From: Macrostomum lignano | Taxonomy: Eukaryota | Length of the DNA stretch: 64,000 nt | NCBI GenBank assembly: GCA_002269645.1 | Contig: NIVC01002859.1 | Span: 62,001-126,000 of the forward strand | Reading direction: 5' to 3' | Shown here: positions 1-13,020 of the stretch, piece by piece | How the letters are laid out: the number at the start of each line of letters is the position of its first letter | Position numbering within the stretch: the stretch's first letter is position 1 | Translations under genes and position numbers: made by a program | The notes under the pieces: model-generated | The model's input: the letters and a program-made list of their open reading frames with translations, nothing else | What the model was told of the DNA's origin: nothing | The model's database searches: none

Positions 1-350
1 AGCTGACGAATTCCTAGAAAGTGACGAATTCCTGGAAAGTAACGAATTAGTAGAAGCTGACGAATTCCTATAAAGTGCCGAATTTCTGGAAAGTGACGAA
101 TTAGTAGAAGTTGACGAATTCCTAGAAACTGACGAATTCCTGGAAAGTAACGAATTAGTAGAAGCTGACGAATTCCTAGAAGGTGACGAATTCCTGGAAA
201 GTAACGAATTAGTAGAAGCTGACGAATTCCTAGAAGGTGACGAATTCCTGGAAAGTAACGAATTAGTAGAAGCTGACAAATTGCTATAAAGTGACGAATT
301 TCGGCAGCTGACGAATTTCTGGAAAGTGACGACTTTCAAAAAACTAACGT
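1..350. repeat. 18-bp minisatellite (GACGAATTCCTAGAAAGT-type)
   Basis: Tandem degenerate 18-mers visible directly; probably intronic in the receptor gene. Confidence 0.9.
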
Positions 351-1113
351 ACTAAAACTTGACAATTTAGGAAAAAAAATTCCTGAAAATTGACGACTCA
401 CCGAAAACCTGAAAATCGACTTCTCGATAATAACTGACGAATCCCCGTAAATCATCGAGTTCAAACATTGAAAAATTCCTAAATTCTTACAAATTTCAAA
501 GAGTCAGCCTGTTCTTTCTGAATTCGTTGCTGCTGGGATGAAACAATAAACTGGTAAAAACATCACTTAGTAGTCAGTCGGTATGAAATGCATGCAAGGA
601 TTTATTAATTATGACGATCTCTCAACTCAACAGCTACAAGTGTCCAGAGCAAACATTATTAGCAAACCAGAATAACAAGGGAGAGGCAGAGGCAAGCATT
701 ACAAAAAAACGCTCGAAAACCCGCGACTCTCATGCAGCTAAACAAATCAATTTAGGCTACTAGGCATCTTATCGCACTTTTCTCTACGAATAGACATTGC
801 CGAGAGGACATCGGCTAAATTTGAGCTGGCATTTTTTATCTCCCTTCGAGTCATTGGCTCATTAGACGGCCGCATGTGCAGTTCCCTGCCGAGGGTTGCG
901 ATGTCGCGGGTGGGAGGGACAAATTTAGTTGCTGGGGTTGAAATAAAATCGATTTACATAAATCAACAGGTATCCGATTAAGTGTAAAATTCCGATGAAG
1001 ACTTAGCGACTGCGTTGCCAACCTGATGCTTAACAGTACAGCAATAAAATGATTAATTTACAGTTTCAGCACACTTTGTTGCCAGGGACAAGCCAATATA
1101 ATAACCAACTCAC

Positions 1114-1376
1114 GTTTTACGCAGCAAAGAAGCCAACAGGACGTCCTCAAACAGCACGTCGTCTCTGAGCTGTTTAATCCGCTGCTTCTGCTCGGACTCG
1201 CACTGGCATTTCGGACAGGCGGGCGGCGGAATTCCCGTCGTATTGATTGGGGCAGCCGATGTTTTCAAAGTGAATGAGTTGCCAGGCAGAATTGTGGATG
1301 AGATATGAAAGATAGCAGACTGGTACTCGGCTGGGGAGTACGATTTCTCGCAGTAGTCTTTCAGGGCGAAGCTGTC
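1114..1376 (-). CDS. InR: Insulin/IGF receptor exon 7 (insert domain, alpha-CT segment)
   Basis: AG at 1378-1377, GTGAGT donor at 1113. Translates DSFALKDYCEK...ACPKCQC...FEDVLLASLLRK, matching INSR DYC, the insert-domain Cys triplet and FEDYLHNVVF. Phase 0 to 2. Absent from the supplied ORF track. Confidence 0.85.
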
Positions 1377-1599
1377 CTGTTGAACGGGACCGATTCAGAA
1401 TGTGTATGGCGCTTACATTTACTGAGCTTATCTGTATTGCGCACCAGGCTCATCATGTGAGAAATTAAGGCAATTAAAAAGAGGAATCAAGACATTCAGA
1501 TTGAGGCGGGGATTTAGCTAGGAAAGAGGTGCTGCTGGTAGGGGCATGGCTGGGAGGGAGTGCGAGAGAACCTATAGAAGAAGAGAAAAGAAAGATGGG

Positions 1600-2460
1600 A
1601 GAAAAGAGAGAAGTAGACATCGGGAAGCCAGGAGGCAGAGAGAAGTAGACAGCGGGCAGAGAAAAGTAGACAGCGGGCAGAGAAAAGTAGACAGCGGGCA
1701 GCTAGGAGGGGGCAGAGAGAAGTAGACAGCGGGCAGCCAGGAGGGGGGCAGAGAGAAGTAGGTAATGGGCAAACAGTGGGCAGAGAGAAGTAGACAGCGG
1801 GCAGCCAGGGGGCAGAGAGAAGTAGACAGAGGGCAGCCAGGAAGGGGCAGAGAGAAGTAGACAGCGGGCAGCCAGGGGAGGCAGAGAGAAGTAGACAATG
1901 GACAGCCAGGGGGCAGAGAGAAGTAGATAATGGGCAAACAGTGGGCAGAGAGAAGTAGCCAGCGGACAGCCAGGGGGCAGAGAGAAGTAGACAGCGGACA
2001 GCCAGGGGCAGAGAGAAGTAGACAGCGGACAGCCAGGGGAGGCAGAGAGAAGTAGACAGCGGGCAGCCAGAGAAGGCAGAGAGAAGTAGACAGCGGGCAG
2101 CCAGGGGAGGCAGAGAGAAGTAGACAATGGACAGCGAGGGGGCAGAGAGAAGTAGATAATGGGCAAACAGTGGGCAGAGAGAAGTAGCCAGCGGACAGCC
2201 AGGGGGCAGAGAGAAGTAGACAGCGGACAGCCAGGGGCAGAGAGAAGTAGACAGCGGACAGCCAGGGGAGGCAGAGAGAAGTAGACAGCGGGCAGCCAGA
2301 GAAGGCAGAGAGAAGTAGACAGCGGGCAGCCAGAGAAGGCAGAGAAGTAGACAGCGGGCAGCCAGAGAAGGCAGAGAGAAGTAGACAGCGGGCAGCCAGA
2401 GAAGGCAGAGAGAAGTAGACAGCGGACAGCCAGGGGCAGAGAGAAGCAGACAGCGGGCAA
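1600..2460. repeat. About 31-34-bp minisatellite (GCAGAGAGAAGTAGACAGCGGGCAGCCAGGG), receptor intron 6
   Basis: Direct tandem repeats; source of the spurious ORFs at 1514-2536. Confidence 0.92.
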
Positions 2461-2543
2461 AGGGGGGAACAGAACTGGCAATTAAACCAGCTGACGAAGA
2501 AGCAGTCAGTGCCCAAGCTTTAAATAAAAAGAGCAAAGCAAAC

Positions 2544-3090
2544 CTGCTGCACTGGAATCTCGTTCAGCCACACCAGATAGTGCGTCACGTTGCCATTCGG
2601 GCTCAGCGGCGGCTGCCATTCCAGCAGAATTCGATCTGGACCGAGCGGCCGGCCTTTCAATTTGTCCGGCGGACTGGGATAATCCGGCTTAGTGCTGGCC
2701 ACGGCCAGGCGGCTCTGCACTGAGACTTTCATCTGCCTGACAATGTGCGGCACAACGAACACTGCGTACTGCGACGCCGGCTTCAGGCCGCCGATGAGAA
2801 AAGTGCACTGGACCGGATCCCGGTCTCCCGCTAGCCGGGCAGTACCGTTAGCCGCTGCGCAGTCTCCAACGCACTTGTTGCAGTTGCCGCCCAGGTGGCA
2901 GTAGTAGGGGCCTTCCGGCTGGGACCCCTCGCTTGTACGGCCGCTGGCCGGCTCGAACGAGTACTCGTTGACGCACTGGGTGAACTTGGTGTGCCACTGA
3001 CGAATCTCGCAGGTTGATGGGTCCGCGTAGCTCACGGGAGGCGAGTCGGGTGGCACCAGGCGGTAGTAGACATGGTAGCCTAGCAGGTAC
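2544..3090 (-). CDS. InR: Insulin/IGF receptor exon 6 (FnIII-1 and start of FnIII-2)
   Basis: CCCCCAG acceptor at 3092-3091, GT at 2543. YLLGYHVYYR...GGLKPASQYAVFV...PSPP...ILLEWQPPLSPNGNVTHYLVW are INSR FnIII motifs. Phase 2 to 0. Confidence 0.9.
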
Positions 3091-3129
3091 CTGGGGGAGT
3101 TGGCACTGCCGACTGACAGAACAGCAGAT

Positions 3130-4623
<1,494 letters not shown>

Positions 4624-4680
4624 AAGCATTCAGACACTAAACATGAAATCGCACCCGCATTCCCAACAAGCCCTACTTAC

Positions 4681-5034
4681 CTGGCATCACCGATGGATAA
4701 GTGAGGCCAGTGCAGCAGCAGAGCGCTGGCATTGCTAAGCACTACAGTCAGGTTGAAGGTGCTTTCAATGCACAGCGCCAAGTTGCCGTTACTGTTGTAC
4801 TCGTGAGCGCTGTTGTAGCCGAGATCCGATGGACTGAACCCGTCGGTGACATTCAAATTGTTTTCAACGAATTGGGTAACGGTGCGCGGGCAGAGCCGCT
4901 GGTTGCGGTGGAACAGGACGCCACCACGGGCTACAAGCAGTCGATGACCGCCGGCCGTGCCGTTCCACAGAGCCTGCAGAAAGTCCGTGTTCTCGATGCG
5001 CAGACTGATGTTGTTCGACTGCGACTGGTGACGG
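4681..5034 (-). CDS. InR: Insulin/IGF receptor exon 5 (L2 C-terminal half, FnIII-1 start)
   Basis: AG at 5036-5035, GTAAG at 4680. LQALWN...VLFHRNQRLCP...NGNLALC...LLLHW resembles INSR LRQLW...FHYNPKLC...NGDQASC...LLRW. Confidence 0.9.
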
Positions 5035-5059
5035 CTGTTTAAATTTTTGGCAGTGAGAT

Positions 5060-5560
5060 TATAAATATCACGTGAACTGTGAATGTCACGTGAATTGTGA
5101 ATATTCTGTGAACTGTGAATATCACATAAACTGTGAATGTCACGTGAACTGTGAATATCACGTGAACTGTGAATATCACGTAAACTGTGAATATCATGTG
5201 AACTGTGAATATTATGTGAGCTGTGAATATCATTGCGAACTGTGAATATCATTGCAAAAATGTAAATATCATTGTGAACTCTGAATATCATTGTGAACTG
5301 TGAATATCACGTGAACTGTGAACATCACGTGAACTGTGAATATCACGTAAACTGTGAATATCATGTGAACTGTGAATATTATGTGAGCTGTGAACATCTT
5401 TTGAGATGTGAATAGCATTGTGAACTGTGAATATCATTGCGAACTGTGAATAGCATTGCAAACTGAATATCATTGCGAACTGTGAATATCATTGCGAACT
5501 GTGGATATTATTGCAAACTGTGAATGGCGAACTGTGATAATAATTGTGAACTATGAACTC
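5060..5560. repeat. 18-bp minisatellite (GTGAACTGTGAATATCAC), receptor intron 4
   Basis: Direct tandem repeats. Confidence 0.92.
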
Positions 5561-5625
5561 CATAAAAAATGTGAATACCATCTGAAGTGTAAATAAGTAG
5601 TGTAGAAAAAACCTAACAAACTTAC

Positions 5626-5785
5626 TTTTCTAAACTAGTCGTATTGCTAATATGCTCGCCCCCAATGAGCCGCAGGCCGGACAGAAAACTCAGCGATGTG
5701 AGATCGCGGGACTGTGTCACGGTTAAGTACTTCCTAATCTCCTTTAGGCTAGAGAAGGCTTCCAACAGGCGAGCGGCCAGATCAG
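5626..5785 (-). CDS. InR: Insulin/IGF receptor exon 4 (L2 domain)
   Basis: TTTTTCAG acceptor, GTAAG donor at 5625. LEAFSSLKEIRKYLTVTQSRDLTSLSFLSGLRLIGGE matches INSR [31 protein letters not shown]. Confidence 0.9.
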
Positions 5786-5919
5786 CTGAAAAATACAAAT
5801 TTGAACAGAGGCAACTTTGGGATTCGCTTGGCACAAATCATGTCTTTACGTAAATTCGCTATGGATCCAGAGCTACACTGAATGCGTACACGAAGCAGCC
5901 TCCTGGAAAAACGGAGCTA

Positions 5920-6690
5920 CCCTTAAAACGGCGCCAACCTTAATCATCAAAACTGCGCCATCTTCAATTATCAAAACGGCGCCACCAACAATCATCAAAA
6001 CGGCACCACCCTCAATCTTTAAAACGGCACCATTTTCAATCATCAAAACGGCGCTACCCTCAATCATCAAAACGGCGCCATTCTTAATCATCAAAACGGA
6101 AACGGCGCCAACCTCAATCATCAAAAGGGCGCCATCCTTAATCATCAAAACGGCGCCACCCTCAATCATCAAAAGGGCGCCACCCTCAATCATCAAAACG
6201 GCGCCACCCTTAATCAGCAAAACGGCGCCACCCTCAATCATCAAAAGGGCGCCACCCTCAATCATCAAAAGGGCGCCACCCTCAATTATCAAGACGGCGC
6301 CACCCTCAATCATCAAAAGGGCGCCATTCTCAATCATCAAAAGGCGCCATCCTCAATCATCAAAACGACGCCATTTTCAATCATCAAGACGGCGCCTCCC
6401 TCAATCATCAAAACGGCGCCATTTTCAATCATCAAGACGGCGCCTCCCTCAATCATCAAAACGGCGCCAATCTCAATCATGAAAAGGGCGCCATTTGTAA
6501 TCATCAAAACGGCGCCACCCTCAATTATCAAAAGGGCGCCACCCTCAATCATCTAAAAGGCGCCGCCCTCAATCATCAAAAGGGCGCCACCCTGAAACAT
6601 CAAAACGGCGCCACCCTTAATCATCAAAACGGCGCCACCCTCAAACATCAAACGGCGCCACCCTCAAATCATGAAAACGGCGCCACCGAG
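5920..6690. repeat. 24-bp minisatellite (AAAACGGCGCCACCCTCAATCATC), receptor intron 3
   Basis: Direct tandem repeats running up to the splice donor at 6697. Confidence 0.92.
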
Positions 6691-6697
6691 AACTCAC

Positions 6698-7118
6698 GAA
6701 TATCGTCGGCCAGAGAGATGACCAGCGCATCAACGCTGTGACAACCGCGCGTCTCTTTCAAATCCTCGGCCGACCTAATCAGCATAGTTCTGGGACAGTG
6801 CTTGCCGCACGGCTGTCCGACTTCGACGCACGACACGCAATAGTCGCCGGTAGACATGTGGCCGGCCGGACAGTCGGACACGCAGCGCCGGCCAAGCCGC
6901 AGTCGATTCATGTGAGCCCGAGTGCACTGCTCGCTGGGCACGCAGAGCCAGCCGTCCAGCTCCAGGTGGCCCGGCGGGCAGGCGGAAACGCACCGGTCGT
7001 TGAACCGGAAGTAGCGGCAAGCTACGCAGTTCCGGTCACTAGGTCCGTCGCAGCCGGCTAAGCAGTTTGCATGGCAACAAGAGTTGGCAAGGCTGGCGTT
7101 GTCAACGCGACATCCGGC
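6698..7118 (-). CDS. InR: Insulin/IGF receptor exon 3 (furin-like Cys-rich domain, L2 start)
   Basis: AG at 7120-7119, GTGAGT at 6697. CCHANCLAGCDGPSDRNCVACRYF...CVSACPPG...GWLCV...CGKHC. Phase 0 to 1. Confidence 0.92.
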
Positions 7119-7169
7119 CTAGGATGGCGATTTTTTCAAAATCCAAAAATTGTACTAGAATTTAAAAGC

Positions 7170-7850
7170 AAAATCTAATCTGAGAATTCTCGGGGAATCT
7201 CCAATAGAAGAATAACAGAGTGATCTCTGGGGAGAACCTTCAATGGGAGAATCTCCAAGGGGAATCACCGATAAAAGAGAAGAGAATCTGAGGGGAATCT
7301 CCGACAGGAGAATCTCTGAGAGGGGAATCTCCGATGGGAGAATCTCTGAGGGGAATCTCCGACGAGAGAATCTCTGAGGGGAATCTCTGAGGGGAATCTC
7401 CGACGGGAGAATCTCTGAGGGTAATCTCTGGGGGGAATCTCCGACGGGAGAATCTCTGAGGGGAATCTCCAATGGGAGAATCTCTGAGGAGAATTTTCGA
7501 TGGGAGAATCTCTGAGGGGAATCTTCAATAGGAGAATCTCTGGGGAGAACCTCTAATGGGAGAATCTCCGAGGGCAATCGCCGATAAAAGAGAAGAGAAT
7601 CTGAGGGGAATCGCCGATGGGAGAATCTATGAGGGGAATCTCCAATAGGAGAATCTCTGGGGAGAACCTCTAATGGGAGAATCTCCGAGGGCAATCGCCG
7701 ATAAAAGAGAAGAGAATCTGAGGGGAATCGCCGATGGGAGAATCAGAATCTCCGAGGGGAATCTCCGATAGGAGAATATCCGAGGGGAATCGCCGATAAA
7801 AGAGAAGAGAATCTGAGGGGAATCTGCGATGGGAGAATCTCTGATGGGAA
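7170..7850. repeat. GAATCT-core minisatellite (13-16-bp subunits with higher-order blocks), receptor intron 2
   Basis: Repeated GGGAGAATCTCTGAG / GGGAATCTCCGAT units. Confidence 0.88.
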
Positions 7851-8353
7851 ATGTGAAAAACAGCGAAATCGATTCAAATCCATTGAAATATTTAGTATAA
7901 TTTTTTCAGAAATCAATCACACACATATTTAGATACTTATAGACAAATCATTTTTTGTAGTGGATTAGTTGTCATATGTTAAATGAGACGCTTTAATAAA
8001 TAATACTATGCTGGCAGGAAGCAGTGAATTTTTCAATAACTTCCATTACTCCTTTGTGACATGGCGCATCTCCAGAATCCAGCACAGAAAATTTTACTAC
8101 AACTCGGCTACATCAAAGGGGGATTTATGCTCGTGATTCCAAGGGCAGACAGACTTTCAGCCAAGACAGACGGTATCGGAGAACCAGGTCGCATAAAAAA
8201 TTCATCACTGCAAACTTTTCAAAGCTAAATGTATAAAACGCTGCATATTTCATAGATTAACGAACATTTGAAGGTCAAATTTCGCTATGGATAATTTCAA
8301 CTTGGAAACCGACCCGCCCCAGAAAGATCCCATTTTTCTGTTTTTATCTCAAT

Positions 8354-8545
8354 GGGGGTTGTCGCCTAGTGGTCAGAGCGTCGGAATCACGACTTGAAGG
8401 TCGGTGGTTCGATTCTCCGACCCACTCGAAACAATTTGTGTCCTTGAGCAAGACACTTAACTCTGCATTTCTTCAGTTTACACAGCTGTAAAATGGGTGC
8501 CAGCATTAGCTGGGGTAAATGAAGGTGTCTATCGCGACCCCCCCC
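8354..8545 (+). mobile_element. tRNA-derived SINE with CORE (MIR-like) central domain
   Basis: A box TCGCCTAGTGG (8362-8372), B box GGTTCGATTCT (8406-8416), then TGTGTCCTTGAGCAAGACACTTAACTC...TTCAGTTT...CTGTAAAATGGG, resembling the CORE consensus as recalled. 3' end approximate. Confidence 0.7.
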
Positions 8546-8749
8546 CCAGTCCTTGGACTGAACAGCCGTGAGCAGCCTTCAGATGCGCCGCGCAATAGCT
8601 GCGGCTGAGCTGTCGGTTGCACATGAGGAATATTATAGTATCTCGCGGGAGATTCTCTCTGGTATGGGAGATTCTTGGAGATGAGCGATTCTCTCGAAAT
8701 AAGGAGATTCTTAGGAATTTGAGACTCTTTTAGATAGGACATTCTGGGG

Positions 8750-9012
8750 GTGGGAAATTCTCGTGGATGGGAAATGCTAGTGAATGAGAAATTCTTGGGG
8801 ATGGGAAATGCTAGTGAATGAGAAATTCTTGGGGATGGGAAATGCTAGTGAATGAGAAATTCTTGGGGATTGGGAAATGCTAGTGAATGAGAAATTATTG
8901 GGGATGGGAAATGCTAGTGAATGAGAAATTCTTGGGGATGGGAAATGCTAGTGAATGAGAAATTTTTGGGGATGGGAAATTCTAGTGAATGAGAAATTCT
9001 TGGAGATGGGAA
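8750..9012. repeat. 34-bp minisatellite (GGGATGGGAAATGCTAGTGAATGAGAAATTCTTG), about 7 copies
   Basis: Direct tandem repeats. Confidence 0.9.
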
Positions 9013-9129
9013 ATTCGCGAGGCCAGATTCTCCGGGTTGTCAGATCGGCGAAGAATCTCAGAGGGGCAAATGTCGAGTGGGAGATTCTTTGACAATGCAA
9101 AACCCGCCAGGACAATATCCAAGTCCTAC

Positions 9130-9743
9130 CTCGCCGCAAGATTCGCTGCACAAAGACTGACAATGATCTTGGTTCCAGCAGTGGCCAGGACAATGCGATT
9201 TGTACGCCCGTTTAACAGAGGAACCAATAGTGACCTCGGTGAACTCGCCCGGGCACGGGTTGCTGCACTGCGACTGGTCTTGCAGGTGATTAAAGTGCAT
9301 TAGAGAGGCGTAGCGAGGCCCGAGTACGCGAGACCAGTGCACCGTGTTGAGGTAGCACAGCATTGGCGAGTTGTCAACGCGGAGGCCGCCAGGGCCGCCA
9401 ATGTGGCGCAGCCAGGGCAGGCCTATGCTAGTCAGATGCAGCACGTCAAATAGTACAAAGGAATACTCGTCCAGCGTTTTCATGCCCCGAACAACCGACA
9501 GCTTAGGGAACAGCTGGTCCAGCGAGGTGAGGCCCGACACCCTGTACAGCAGGACGTATTCGGACACTTCGCGTAGATAAGGAAAATAAACTCGGCCCTT
9601 GGGACCGGCAATCTCCGGCTCTTCTGTGCCGTTTCCCACGTTTAATAAAGAGATCATCAGGTGGCCGTTAATTACTGTGCAGTTGGATGCGGCGCCAATT
9701 TGCTCGGAGTCGGTGTACACGGAGATGGACACGGAGCCGCACA
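9130..9743 (-). CDS. InR: Insulin/IGF receptor exon 2 (L1 domain and start of Cys-rich region)
   Basis: CTGCAG acceptor, GTAGGA donor. NCTVINGHL...FPYLREVSEYVLLYRV...LFPKLSVVRG...RVDNSPMLCYLNTVHW...CWNQDHCQ are receptor L-domain motifs. Phase 1 to 0. Confidence 0.93.
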
Positions 9744-9824
9744 CTGCAGTGTGGAGAGTAAAACAGCTTATTGGAGCATGGCAAATATTTGTGTCTGCTT
9801 AATGTCGAGAAGGGAATGGCTGAA

Positions 9825-10600
9825 GGGGAATTGGGGGCGGCTGGAGGGAATTGGGGATGGCTGAAAGGAAATTGGGGATGGCTGAAAGGAAATTGGGGAT
9901 GGCTGAAGGGAAATTGAGGATGGCTGAAGGGAGTTGAGGATGGCTGAAGGGAAATTGAGGATGGCTGAAGGGAAATTGAGGATGGCTGAAGGGAAATTGA
10001 GGATGGCTGAAGGGAAATTGGGGATGGCTGAAGGGAAATTGAGGATGGCTAAAGGGAAATTGGGGATGGCTGAAGGGAAATTAGGGGCGGCTGAAGGGAA
10101 TTGGGGATGGCTGAAGGGAAATTGGGGATGGCTGAAAGGAAATTGGGGATGGCTGAAGGGAAATTGAGGATGGCTGAAGGGAAATTGAGGATGGCTGAAG
10201 GGAATTGGGGATGGCTGAAAGGAAATTGGGGATGGCTAAAGGGAAATTGGGGATGGCTGAAGGGAAATTAGGGGCGGCTGAAGGGAATTGAGGATGGCTG
10301 AAGGGAAATTGAGGATGGCTGAAGGGAAATTGAGGACGGCTGAAGGGAAATTGGGGATGGCTGAAGGGAAATTGAGGATGGCTGAAGGGAAATTGAGGAT
10401 GGCTGAAGGGAAATTGAGGATGGCTGAAGGGAAATTGGGGATGGCTGAAGGGAAATTGAGGATGGCTGAAGGGAAATTGAGGATGGCTGAAGGGAAATTG
10501 AGGATGGCTGAAGGGAAATTGAGGATGGCTGAAGGGAAATTGAGGATGGCTGAAGGGAAATTGAGGATGGCTGAAGGGAAATTGGGATGGCTAAAAGGGA
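9825..10600. repeat. 21-bp minisatellite (GAGGATGGCTGAAGGGAAATT), receptor intron 1
   Basis: Direct tandem repeats; yields the spurious MAEGKLR ORFs. Confidence 0.93.
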
Positions 10601-10817
10601 ATTACAAATGGCTAAATGGAGAATCAGACTGTAAAGTAAAGGGGACTCTGTACTCTAAAGGGGAACTGTAGTTGGCTGTGATAGCTTAAGAGATAGCCGA
10701 AGGCGATGGCTGAAGGATATTGAGGAGAGGAGTTCTGAGGAATCCCAGACAGACGTCTGCATCAAAAAATATCGGTCACTAGTACGCAATCAAACCGAAG
10801 CTCCATTAATAACTCAC

Positions 10818-10917
10818 ACTTGAATCGGTCATGGGCACCGTTGCTAGCAGTCGGCGCTAACAGCACAGCTTGGCAGCACAGCAGCAGAGAGCAGCCCAGT
10901 CTCAGACGAAGCCACAT
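10818..10917 (-). CDS. InR: Insulin/IGF receptor exon 1 (signal peptide)
   Basis: AAG-ATG at 10917. MWLRLRLGCSLLLCCQAVLLAPTASNG is hydrophobic leader-like. GTGAGT donor at 10817, phase 1, joins exon 2 in frame. Confidence 0.8.
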
Positions 10918-11294
10918 CTTTAGACGCGGCAGAAGCCAGCAGGCCAGCTGAATCGGCGCTAAGGGCACAGTATCAGCTTGGCTGAAATATTCGAATCGAA
11001 TTCAAATTATACGCCCAGAAAGCTACAAAAAACCAGCGCACTCTCGATTGTATCGAAACTGAGCCCAAGCTTTCTAAGATTTAGGTTTGCTATAACCGCA
11101 CGATAACAAATAGCTTACAAGCCTACTGTACCAACGAAACCCGAGGTTGCAGAAGTTGCACTCACTCCCTTGACGAACTGTTCCAAAAAATGCAGAATTC
11201 TTCAATCTAAAACTTAGCTAACGATCCGCCTCTCCTGTCAGCAGACTGGAGTTTTTGATACTGGATAAGACGGAATTAACTGCTGCATTCTTAC

Positions 11295-11640
11295 TTTCAA
11301 CCTGGCTGTCTGTGTGGCTATTATATATGCGAGCTCCGCAGCCCAACCTGATTGGATGGCCCCAGAGATATTCGGCTAAGTCTAATCCTATTCGCTCAAG
11401 GCGTGCACTTTCTTTGCCAGTAGCGAGTGCGAGTACCCCCCCCCCCCGACCCGCCCGGCGAAGCTTTCTAGAAATCCCAGTTCGAATGAGGGGCTGGGGA
11501 GGAGGCAAATGTCTTAGGGAGGCAGAAACGCGGCGGAAAACAGTGTCAGCTGACCCACCCGGTCCCATCCGCCCAGCCAGTCCGCAGATCTCCCTCCCGC
11601 TTCCTACATACCGTTACGGATTAACGAAGGCGAAACCATG
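11295..11640 (-). promoter_or_regulatory. Probable receptor promoter and non-coding first exon
   Basis: CpG-rich patch. Minus-strand donor AAA|GTAAGA at 11294 and acceptor TTTCAG at 10983-10982 bracket a possible 5' UTR intron. Confidence 0.35.
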
Positions 11641-11969
11641 AAAATTCGATACTGAAAAGCCATGCAGGCAGCGCTCAAGTACAGGCGCACTAGCGAGTAT
11701 CATAATGGCAGAGCTCAAAGACCGAATCCTAAGGGAGGAAGCAAAACGGAAGCAAAACGGCAGTTGCTTTTAGGAACAGGAGATTTCATATCCTCTACAA
11801 AAGGCTACAGTTATTGCTGTCTCCCAGGTACTTCTGATTTAGATTAGTGTAAAATCTTCAGTACATTTGTTCGAGAGAACCAGACTAAGATATGAAATAT
11901 TTACAATTTGAGACTACAAGGATATGAACACTTAGAATCAGATTTCGAAAGTTTAGGATTACTAAGTCG

Positions 11970-13020
11970 TGAGATTTCGATGATGTGAGATTTCGATGAT
12001 ATGAGATTTCGATCATGTGAGATTTCGATCATGTGATATTTTGATCAAGTGAGATTTTGATAATGTGAGATTTCGATCTTGTCAGATTTCGATCATGTGA
12101 GATTTCGAGCATGTGATATTTTGATCAAGTGAGATTTTGATAATGTGAGATTTCGATCATGTAAGATTTTTATCTTGTCAGATTTCGATCAGGTGAGATT
12201 TCGATCAGGTGAAATTTCGATGATACGAGACTTCGATGATATGAGATTTCGATGATATGAGATTTCGATCTTGTCAGATTTCGATCATGTGAGATTTCGA
12301 TCTTGTCAGATTTCGATCATGTAAGATTTCGATCATGTGAGATATCGATCATGTGAGATATTGATCATGTGAGATTAGATATCGATCATGTGAGATATTG
12401 ATCATGTGAGATTAGATATCGATCATGTGAGATTTCGATATGTTCAGATTTCGATCTTGTCAGATTTCGATCTTGTCAGATTTCGATCTTGTCAGATTTT
12501 GATTATGTGAGATATCGATCATGTGAGATATTGATTATGTGAGATATCGATCATGTGAGATATTGATCATGTGAGATATTGATCATGTGAGATATTGATT
12601 ATGTGAGATATTGATTATGTGAGATATCGATCATGTGAGATTTCGATATGTTCAGATTTCGATCTTGTCAGATTTCGATCTTGTCAGATTTCGATCTTGT
12701 CAGATTTCGATCATGTGAGTTATCGATCATGTGAGATATTGATTATGTGAGATATCGATCATGTGAGATATTGATCATGTGAGATATCGATCATGTGAGA
12801 TATCGATCATGTGAGAAATCGATCAAGTGAGATTTCTATCATGTGAGATATCGATCATGTGAGATATTTATCATGTGAGATATTGATTATGTGAGATATC
12901 GATCATGTGAGAAATCGATCATGTGAGATATCGATCATGTGAGAAATCGATCAAGTGAGATTTCTATCATGTGAGATATCGATCATGTGAGATATCGATC
13001 ATGTGAGCTATCGATCATAC
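11970..13020. repeat. 16-bp minisatellite (GATCATGTGAGATTTC)
   Basis: About 1 kb of direct tandem repeats. Confidence 0.93.

Noticed and set aside
932-957. 26-nt GT-AG micro-intron in the receptor
   Set aside because: Far shorter than every other intron here; an indel or non-coding sequence is equally plausible without transcripts
8354-8430. Functional tRNA gene
   Set aside because: No canonical 7-nt anticodon loop or acceptor stem closure; it runs directly into a CORE-like body, so it is called a SINE
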